DNA of 64,000 nucleotides from Amoebophrya sp. A120 (Eukaryota; Protista; Dinoflagellata), in assembly GCA_905178155.1 (NCBI GenBank), contig CAJINV010000008.1, positions 2,294,001 to 2,358,000 of the forward strand, written 5' to 3'. The notes beneath the pieces were generated by a model. It had not been told where the DNA came from. It searched no databases and was given only the letters and a program-made list of their open reading frames with translations. A program made the position numbers and the translations under genes. How positions within the stretch are numbered: the stretch's first letter is position 1; every line of letters starts with the position of its first letter. This document shows, piece by piece, positions 12,201 through 22,900 of the stretch.

Positions 12201-14575
12201 AATGTGGCGCAGGGCAACAGCAACAAAGGCAACACTGCGCCGCCCTCCTCGGCTGGAGCTGGTAGTACAACTAGTGTGTACGCACGTGCATCCGGGAAGA
12301 GCGTGACTTTCCAATCCGCCAAGGGGCAGCAGCTGCACGCCAGCAACACAAGAACGGGCTCATCTGCTGTTGTTCTACAAAGGGGCGCCGGGGGAGGCAC
12401 CTCAACGGCAGCCAGCAAAAGTGGTGCCGCGCGGATTTCCGGTGGTGGAGGTCCCGCCCAGCAGACACCGCAGCACATGCTGGACTCGAGTGCTGCGGCG
12501 CCGGCGCGCGGTAATACAGTGACCAAATCGGCGAAGGGCCAGGGCGGTTCCGTCGCCGCGCCCGGAGGCAGTGCAACTGCGGCGGCTGCAGTAGCTGCCG
12601 CGCACGCGAAGAACGTTGCGGGGGCATACACTGGTGCTAATACAGGTGTGTTGGCGGGTAGCTGCAGTACAGCTGCGGGTGTAGCAGCAGGTCATGCCGG
12701 TGTGCATCATCCAGAATTGCTTGTTGGTGGAGTTCAATCTCAGCAGCACCTGGCACCTGCTGCGTACGTTCAGCATCATCCACTTGCACCACCTTCTCGA
12801 CTACATCAACAGGGTCCCGCGACCAGTAGCGCCGCGGCATCTTCCCGGGCTGCGTCTCTGGGTCCCCCAGGGGCCGCGGGACATCACACGTACTATAACC
12901 TGCACCAGGCGGCGGCCATCAACACCAACCCAATGGCCATCAGCCCGGCCGTGTGTTATCATGATCTTCCGCACGGGTCGCCCTATCTTTACGGGTACGG
13001 CATGCACGGCGCGAGCGGAATAGTTCACCCTGCCGTGTTGCACGGACTGTACTATGGCATGGCAGCAGCGGCTCCTGGAGCCGCGACTTACCCCCCGGTT
13101 GCCGGCGTCGGCAAGGCGGGTGGTCTCGGACCGCAACACTGTGTCGTTTCCCAAAGTGCTACCGCGATTCCCGCAGCGGCCTTTAACGCAGCCGGCGCAG
13201 CCTCCGTGGCGGCCTCCCCGGCCGCTGCACAGCCGTCGATCGCAAAAGGAAAAGCAGCGGTCGCTGCAGCCGCAGCTGGCGCAAAAGGCGGGATGGCTGG
13301 ATCCACGATTTCAAGTGCTGGCGATATTCCTGTTGGGCCGGGTGCGGCGACGTTTTTCTCATCGTCCTCAAAGGGCAGCACTAGTAGTTCGGGAGCATCT
13401 GCTGCTGCGGCCGGGGGAGGGTGCGAGCAGAAAGACGCGTCCGGCGGAACAAAGATCTCCTCCAGCGCGGGCAGTGCAGCTGCGGCTGCAAACGACACTA
13501 GAACTACAAATTACACCACGGCAGCGGCCGGCGAAGGCGGAGGCGCGAGTGCTACCGAAACGAGAAAAACGACGACGACCCCGAGTGGAGGTGGACAGGA
13601 AGCAACAACCTCGAAACCAACCTCCTTACTCGCCCAGATGTCGGGTTTGGTGACACAGGCCGCGATGGCGCAGCGGCAGCAGCGCCATCAAGCACAAGTG
13701 CAGAATGCGAATGCTAGCAGGGCTGCAACGGCGATGAGTAGTACAAGCACGAGCTCTGCGAAGGACTCGGCGTCCTTGACTTCCGCCGTGGGAGGCCCGG
13801 ACTTTTCCGCTAGTGCCACCGCACCTCCCGGTGTACTAAGTGGGACAGGAACTACCGCAACTCCTCCAAATAATTCTGGTACAATAGCTCCTGGGGGTCC
13901 GCGTGCAAGCCAGACGGCGACAACTGATGGCAGCAGTTCTCAGCCACCCCCGATGAAGGGACGGATATCGAGTGCAAATATGTCATCTGGGTCTCGATGG
14001 TTTCGAGGATTGTCATGTTCGTCATGATCTAGATCTAGAAGAGTTTGGTAGAGGGTGAGGCTGGCGATGAGGATGACTCTGAGCGGCCCTGTATTGCGTG
14101 ACCTCGTAGACGTAGAGCTCCTCTTGTCTCCTGTGTCATGCAGAAGCGGAGTTTCTCATCCTCATCCGGAAAACACAAAAAATCTGAACAAGACATCATG
14201 CTTCGCGTTGCATTTTTACTGTGCTTCTTAAGTAATTTTATTCACTGACATGCAACCTCACCCAGACATTGAAATATTCGCAACGCATAACGGAAAGCGT
14301 CCGCGTATTTCGCCCGACTTCGGGTCCACGAGGACCACGTCGAGGCTCCGCCCAATCAGGGGAACAGCCCCGTGCTGCAGCAGTATTACGCGAAAGGTAA
14401 CGCGGCATTTCACATGCAGCACCACTACGTGCATGCGTACCACCAAGGCGGGGCCGGGGGACCGGGTGCAGGAGGAGGTAGCGGCTATTACCACTATGGT
14501 CCGCAAGCGAGCCACGCTGGGAGTGGTGCGACTTATGCAAGCAAGAAGGGGAATGGGAAAATGCCGATAAAATGA
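9258..14575 (+). CDS. SH3-domain-containing low-complexity protein
   Basis: Exons ~9258-9519, 9710-10003, 11067(or 11103)-11385, 11588-13965, 14295-14575 are in frame. The spliced HRVIIDY...EEGYLALKKGW...YVYGKCVNMNKEGWFPAEIL resembles an SH3 fold (GWFP motif). 5' end uncertain. Confidence 0.65.
10004..11066 (+). other. Long GT-AG intron flanked by a perfect 36-bp exonic direct repeat
   Basis: Repeat at 9969-10004 and 11068-11103; donor CAG|GTACTA; in-frame acceptors at 11066 or 11102. Confidence 0.7.
13966..14289. mobile_element. Introner, degenerate family A-like
   Basis: TAT...TCTGGGT / ACCCAGA...ATA; perfect TSD ACGGA; frame restored. Confidence 0.8.
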
Positions 14576-16909
14576 AGTACTAAGCCTCGATAGGATTCTG
14601 AATAGAACTTCGACCCCCGTTCTCGCATCTCGATGAAGTTTTAGCAAAGCATCACCCGCCTCCGGGAATGCAAAATGGACATTAATTTGTGTGGTACAAA
14701 AGCAAATGAGGGAGCTTCACTTTACAATGTTGTCTCTTATTTTTTTTAGAATTTCCTAGGATCTTCCATTTTCGACACTAAAGGGGTCGGCGAAGTCATT
14801 GTTTTGCACGACCGCTAAAGATAAAGAGAAGGCACCGCCATTCATTTGAGCAATTTCATCTGAGTCTTGTCTATATATGGATATGCTTTTTTTTGTACTC
14901 TAGCAAAAAGATCGTAGATACTACCGAACTGCGAAAAGCGAACCCATGTAAGTAGCTGCAATTGCAAGCACTTGAAGAGGCAGTAATTTTGACGTTGTCT
15001 TGGTCTGGTTATGATCACCACATGAATGTCTGTGTATCCATAAAACAAAAAATGAAAACTAAAGATGGCGTTGCTATTGCAATACTTTCCCACTTAGATG
15101 AGTGAGCCGCTCTTGAAACATAAAAATGAAATAAATATAGTACGGATACGAAGACGAAAAAAAGAAGCCCAAGGCGAATTATCGACTACCAGGCATAAGA
15201 CAACGGAAATTTTGCTTAAACCCGAACGTATTTATTTTTGGCCATGTTTCTAAGGCATAAACTGAGTATGATTGCAACGAATTCTTGAGTAGCCATTTCT
15301 AGAAAACCTCGGCCTCTTGCATATTCTGCTAGTATCACCTGAATAAATGAATTTTTGCACACGAAATTTCTCATCTGCCCCCGTGCCCCTGAAGAAGATA
15401 CCAATCTTTTGAATTTCAGTATATTATAGTTCACAATGAATGTGCTTCGATGAAGTTGTAGCACGCTGCTCATAAAATATTTTGATTCTTCATCTTCTTC
15501 TAAACCCAAAAATTAACATCTGACTTTGTTTTCTTCTCTTTCGGTGCCAAGCGCTCTCCACAGGCTTGGTAGCAAAGTAAGAATGTTCGCGACGACACGG
15601 AATTGCTTTTCTTCATGAAATACGAACACAAATACGACAAATGATTTCTGTTGCTTTTTCTCTCTTTGAAGGGTTTGCGATTTTACTTAACCAAACCGAC
15701 CTGGCGCCACTAACACTCTAATTTGGATGTTTACAGCTTTAGGAACTTCGAGCTCAATCTTCAGGGCATATATACACCTTGATCATGCAGATGTAGTACA
15801 GAAGTTGAGGTCGCTTGGCTCAGCGTGTTGGACAACGGCGAGCGGCATCAGCAAGGTTTTTTTTAAATAAACGTTTTCAATAAATCAGTAGTAGTTATTA
15901 AGGTTTTATTACACCGACTTCATTATTATTGGGAAGAACACAAACTCCGAATCTTGCAACTACAAAACAGTGAGGCACGTAGATATTGAAGTTGAGCCCG
16001 GCTGCTTAAGATGTGGATTGAGCGGGGGACGAGATGGAGATGAACAAACTTTTTTTCAGATATGCATTTTTTATGCGAAGTCTGATTTCTTTTAGGAAAA
16101 CAAATCAATGTCTACTTCAGATCACCCGATTGAAGCGACATATCTTACTTTCTAATGAGAAAGCGACCGAATACGAAACAAATCAGAGCGAGCCGAATGT
16201 TGTGGGCCAACCTATGTGTGTCGCACGCCGGCCCCCGCTGAAGACCAGCGGCAGTCGTGTGTCAAAAAGATGACCTAGCCGTAGCCGAAGCCGTGCAGTC
16301 AATAATGCCGATCCGTCAATTTTGTCGTGTTTTTCCCCCTTCATCGTGCTCATCTCGCTCTCATGGCTCTAGAAAAGTGGTCGCGCCCGAACCGAAGGAT
16401 CCTGGCTTTTCTTGATCCTCTTGGCTATGACTATGCCGACGTTCTTCTTTCATCACTCACACCCAAGTCTAGTTCCGGTAGAAGATGATCCTAGGCAGAT
16501 CTTTTCAGTCAAAGTGCAGTAAAGTTGTTGGTTTTGTTCCGAAATAGATCTTGATGATAATTTTCTGTGTGTTGTTGACGCATTCGCGGTTCCACCGAGA
16601 TATGAATGTATGAAGCTTTTCTGCTTTTTCCAGTGTGGTCCCGTCCTCGCGTTTCGAGGGTCGCGTAGATACTCCTGGAAGATATTGTGTGAGCTATCAC
16701 GACGATAGTTGCATGAGCCTTTCTTTGAAATGACATAGAAAGCAATGTCGCAATTGTGAACGAGGTTTGATATCTTTAAGAATAGGTTTTTAGAAATGCA
16801 AGGAGGTTCAGCTTCTATTTCTCCTGTCTGGTAAATTTGGACCGTTATTCTTATTAAGTGAATCCCAATAGATACTTCGATATCCACATCTTTCTTCGTT
16901 GACGTCACA

Positions 16910-19900
16910 ATGTCATCACAAGAACGCACGGCAGCCTCGGCGAGGAATAAAAATGCCACGATCGCAAGGCATCTGGCGTCTTTGCAGAAGGAAAGTTGTG
17001 CGCTGTCGAGAAAAATCTTCGCTTCGAAGTTGAAGTACGGACTAAATCACTCCGTCGTCGGCTTGAAGTTCCTCAAGAAGGAAAACAAAGAGTCGAGGCA
17101 TTTGTTGGGAACGTGCTTCTTACCTTTGATTCCAGAGGAGCATCACCCGAAACAAGACGACGAGGAGGGTGCGAAAAGCTTTCTCCTGAACGCTTACCAG
17201 GACCGAGCAGCGGAAACCAGTCCGGGGTACGGTACTCAAATTGCGGTGTTCGATCTGGTTTTGGATGAGTGGCGCAGTTTTCTTCTCGACAACGTCGAGG
17301 AGTTCCAGGTCCTGCAGAAGGTCGGCAAAGCGAAGGAGTTTATCTCGCACCACATTTTCCCCTCCGGGTTTGTCGACGATTTTTCAGACGATTTCGTTGA
17401 CTTAGGAAAGAAAACCGAGGAGGATGAGAGCAGTAGCCGAAGTGCATGCGGTCCTGGCGGTTCCGGGAACGGCCACGACACCACGCGGAAAAAGGTGACG
17501 CCGTCCGAGCGGACGACGGTGCTGGCGCGATTCCTGGCGAAGTTCAAGTACCTCGGAGGCCTGCAGAAGGAAGAGGAGAGACGGAGTGACCTGCCGGTTT
17601 GGGCTGCTGCAGCCGCAGGAGCAAAGGGGAATAAACCAGGAGACCTCCGTACGGAAACTTCGACTGCGCGTGACAAAGTGAGAGGCAAGCGCGTGTACGA
17701 CACGCTGCGGAAATACGCGGCGGAAAATGAGCCGGAAGATGAAGCGCATGATAGTACTCCGGTCCCCGAAGGCGTCGGGGTGTTGCACGTAGACGACATG
17801 CAGCACATGAATAACTACAGCTCTGCGACGTCATCTAGTGGACCAGCGACGTCGGCTGCAGCGCGGCACAACAAAAAGGAACAAACCCAGCTGGAACATC
17901 AAATTGCCAAGGGGCAAGCCCCCGCTGTGCTGAGTAAGTACAAAACAACTTTTAACGACATTTTTGACGCCAACTTCGGCGCTGGCACCGACTTAGAAAT
18001 GTTGGCCGATGACGTGTTGAAAAGTTTCAAAGAAATCGGCGGGCTTTTGCAAGAGGCCAACGACTATGCAAGATTGAAAATTATACCGATCTGGGTCTGG
18101 TTTTGTATAAATGCGCGATGAACTTTCGTTCTTCGTTGTTTCTGACAGGGCTGGAATTGTTTGCTGTGCACGCGAAATAAGTACATGATAATTTGACGTC
18201 GTATAATTGGAAGCCTAGTACGGAAACAACATCTACTTGTGGTCAGGCTCCGATGGGGTCTGGAACAAGTGATTGGTCTGTAAACTCGAGAATCAGATGA
18301 ACCACGTATGGATCATGTGCATTTTTCATTTTCCAACCCAGATCGTTTTTATCAGTTGATACCGACGAGCACTACAGCGGCAACAGCGATTTGTACACGC
18401 AGTACGCTGCGACGCTCCAGCGAGCTGGGTTTGTTGCGTTTGATGAGGCACGCGGAACGATGGATCAGAGTCAGACCATCGCGATCGTGAAGGAGTTCTT
18501 TCAAATCGCCGGACGGGACAAGGACCAGCTGGTTGTGCACGTGAGCAGCCATGCTGGTCCGACCGGGGAGGCGGCGACGAGGAACAGCGAAGAAGAAGAA
18601 GACGCGCTTCCCCTGCCGGTCCCCGACGCGCTGATTGAAAAGCAGCGGTATCCGCAGCTGCACCTGGACTACAATTGCGCGCGCTTGATTGCGACGAAGG
18701 CAGCACGAGAAAATAATGATCATGGAGGTGGTCCATCGTCCAGTAGTAGCACACCAGCGGCGGTGGAGCAGTCGTGCTCCCGAACAGCTGCACGGGGGCA
18801 GCAAGTACTGAAAGTGAAAGAAGTGCTGACGTATTTTGTCAGCGACCTGGTCCTCCTTTCGCGCACCGATACGTCCTTGGCCAGGAAGGCCATGGAAATC
18901 GTCCGGATTGCCTACGGGCAATTGTCCCTGTTTTCCCAGCAGTTCGAGTTCGAGTTGATGCGCGACATCGTCTCCAACCGGCAATTTTCGGAATGGTCCT
19001 GGAACAAAACGAAAGTGATCGAGGGAGAGAGGCCGATTTTTCAGCAGCAGGAACAGTACGCACTGGAGCAGAACCGCTACCTGCGCAAGTTGTATTACAG
19101 TGAAAAGTGCCCCCCACCCCCGAAGTTGCAAAAATTTGTGATGCGAAGTTTCCAAATGAAAACTTTTTGTCATGCATGCATGAAAGGAGTATGAATCTTT
19201 CTGATGCAGATTCTAGTCGTGTTTCGCATCGCTTGCATGACAAGCGCCGCTCTTGCTGGGATCTTTTGCAATGCAAATTTTTGCTATTCACGATCGGAAA
19301 TCTGTGATGCTGATACATGCAAGAGGGCGAATGTTTCATTTGGAAAGGTTTGCAATACAAATGCTTTCAAGTTCGGGGGTCGTGGGGGCATTTTTCATTG
19401 TAATAAGTTGCAGAAGTACTTCATCCCGCAGAAGTATCTGAAGACGATCGACCGGAAGAGGGGGAAGGTGATCACGAACTTGCTGCACAAGTTTGTGTGC
19501 AACGACATCGGGTGGCATATGGAGTTCTCAAATGTTACATTCTCAACTGTTACATGAATTTGTCATGCAAAAACACTATCACTCTTAACACGATCAAGCC
19601 TTCTCCGCATGACAACTTCTTGACGCGCTAGATAGCATTACAATCTGCTCCTAACCTGTAATGCAAAAGGCGCAACATTTTCCCTTTCAATTTTGCCATT
19701 CTTGCATTACAAATTTCATGTAACAGTTGAGAATGTAACGTTTGAGAACGCCATATGGCAGCTGTGGCACAGCTACAGCCAGCTCGTGCCCTGGAGCATG
19801 ACGAAGTGGGAACACATATCCTGAGTAAAAACGTACCCACACCAGAGTTGTAATGCAGATTTGCAAAGACAGGAAGACTTGTAATGCGCATCCCCATGAG

Positions 19901-22900
19901 AGCCATTTCCAGTCGTGTTTTGGAATTTGTGATGCTGTGAACAGGATGAGCAGCTGGATTTGTGATGCGGCTGCACTTTCTAACCTGCACTACACTACAG
20001 AGTGCAACTTGTCATGCGTGACTCACAAAACTCCTAGGTTTGTGTTGCAAAATCCCCATCCTGACTCTGGTGTGGGTACGTTTTTACTCAGGATAACACA
20101 AGATTATCACCAACAAGCTGTTCCGGCGAAGCAACAGATACCCACCGGAAGCGGTGTCCTTGCAGAAAATGTTGACCCGGTGGAACTATCGGCGGACGAT
20201 GGAGCTGATGCTCTACGCCGAGGAACTGCAGCAGCTTGCGGACATCCAGTGGTACGATTTGACCAAAATCAAACTCACGAAAGCGACCAGGACCGTGGCA
20301 GTACGGATTGGAAATGAATGATACTTGTTATTGTTTTCGATCTGGGTCCTCTGCTGGAGAGATTTGGCCATCTTTTTGGCGATGCTCGGCCGTATTAAAG
20401 CCTCCAATTTTTTTGAATGCATGGCGCGGAAGCAGAGCCGTGTCAAGAACGACAGAAGCTTGCCTTTATGTGCGCAAGTGCGACTTAACGCGCTAGGTAT
20501 GTGTGTTGAGCATGTAATAGAATAGATTTTCAAATTTTGTATAAATCATGCGTGAGTCAGTGTCAGAGTCAGACTCCAAGTCTGTTTGTCATTGTAACTG
20601 ACATGATGTCGGTCTGTAGGACGCGTATTATTGATGAATTAAGTAAGTACTTTTCTATCTAAGTGGGCTTTCCACACGACCCAGATTGAAGATAGATCAG
20701 TTGCATTTCATAGGCCGGCGCGGTCCGCAACCTGTTTCGGATCAACGTACCTGGGCTGGCGGAGAAGCGTCCGTCGGTGCTCAAGGGAGATAAGCTGTGG
20801 GTGCGTCAAAGCGACAACAATAAGAAGAAAAAGAACAAGAAAGCGACAGCGACTTCTTCCTCTTCTGCGGCGAACAAAACCTATGTTGCGTACGTGTGGT
20901 TCGTGAACATTGATCACGTGATTGCGAGCTTTGACGCCGAGTTTGGCTCCGCGGAGGACTTGGATAACTCCTATGATGTGCGATTTATGCTGAACGATTT
21001 TTCCCTGCAAGTGATGCACGACGCGATCAGGCACCCCTACGTGGCCGAGTGGTTTGGAGAGAATTACGAAAACTTCAACACTTGTGCCGAAATTGCGAAA
21101 AAGAAGGAAATGGAAAAGGTGGTCGCGAGCAACAACTCTTACACCAATAGCGTCTCGGGCCTTGCGGTCGGGTATGATGGGCAAAATCAGCAGTACCAAC
21201 CGCAGCAGATCTTTCACCCCAGCTTCAACTTCTTCGCGCCACAGACAGCTTCTACTACCGCGGCAGCAATCTCGGCAGCGAACCAGCATCTCGTGTTACA
21301 GCACCAACAAACACCAGGTCCCCCATATGCAACAGAGTACCACAATCCGACCTACGCGAGTCTCCCAGGGGCCGGATCATCATCCGCGTACTACGGGACC
21401 AATGCGGTCTACGGAGAAGCCCAGCTTCCGTACAACCAACAGGGTAGCCATACTGTGAGCTACTTTCAACCTGTCGTAGACGTGAATAGCGCGTTCCAAC
21501 AGAATCAAGGCGTCACCACATATAATCGCGTGGTCGTCTACGAGTCCCTATCCTCTACAAAAGTCTATTTTACTTCTACTACAGTGCCACCAATTTCCAA
21601 CTTCTATGAGACTCTTTTGTACTTAATTATTTCGCGTATTGCTCCGTCTTTTGGAAAGCTTATCGGCTTTTTTACAGTGACATTTTCTCTACGGTGCGTA
21701 TGCACGGCTTTTGTTGTCATACAGTGTTGCAGTTGGGCTTAGGATCTATTCTTGGTGGTGTCGTCTGGTAAATAAACTTTTGCAGAGGATACTCGTCTCT
21801 GGACGATCGCGTGGCGACGTACGACCAGCAGAATCGGTGGCGTCAGCCGGAGCTGAATACGGAGCAGAAGCAAGCGGTCGCTATGGTGTTGTGCAAGCCG
21901 TCCGCGCCGGTGATTCTGTGGGGCCCGCCGGGCACCGGGAAAACGAAGACGCTGGTGGAAACGATCTACCAGGTTCTTTACACGGAAGAGCAGCCACGAA
22001 TTCTCGTATGCACGCCCTCGAACCACAGCGCGGATCTCGTCGTGGACCGGTTGATAGATCTCGGCGTCACCCACGACAAGATGTTTCGCTTAAACGCCCG
22101 GTCCCGGGATCTGGAGGACTTGAAAAGCGAATTCCCGAAGGTGCTGTACGGGACGTCCGGGCACGGGTACTGCGGTTCCGATCCGCAAAACCTGCCGAGC
22201 CGCGAGGAGCTCCAGTCCTACAAGCTCATCGTCTGCACGTGTGTCACTGCCAACGTGCTGTTTCAGCACGGTTTTGGGCCGGACGTGACGGGGGTGGGGG
22301 GAGATTCAGCAGGTAGTCAGGGGGCGTATTACGACACGCAGAAGAATCAGTGGGTTCAAAACAGCAGAACAACTGTTGGTAATAAAAATCCTTCCGAAAA
22401 GAAGCTGAGTCGGAAAGAGATTTCGCGATCCGCCAAGAAAAACCCTTACTTCACGCATTTATTGATCGACGAAGCAGGCCAGGCGCTGGAGCCGGAGATC
22501 GCTGTCCCGCTGAAGGTGACGGGCGAAGATTCGGTGGTGGTGCTGTGCGGCGACCCGAACCAGCTGGGGCCGGTCGTGCGCTCCAATGTGTGCAAGAAGT
22601 TCGACTTTCACCACTCGACGCTGCAGCGGATCGCGAAGAAACGGGAGCTGCTGGCCACCTTCATGAACAACAACAAGAAGAAGGGAGGAGGACACCAGCA
22701 GCCGCAGACAGGAACAAGGAATACAACTTCGCGTGGCACTGCCGAGCCAGAAAATGCGTACGCGAACGTGACCGCGGCGACCAGCTCCTCCTATCAGACA
22801 CAGCAACGGGAAACGCAGCGGCAGCGACTCGAACTGCTGAAGAAGGGCTGTGTGTTGCTCCGCGTCTCCTACCGCGCGCACCCGCAGTTGGTGAATTTGT

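Noticed and set aside
14600-16900. AT-richer region as a gene or RNA locus
   Set aside because: Only short non-descript ORFs and no tRNA, rRNA or spliced-leader pattern recognised; treated as intergenic.
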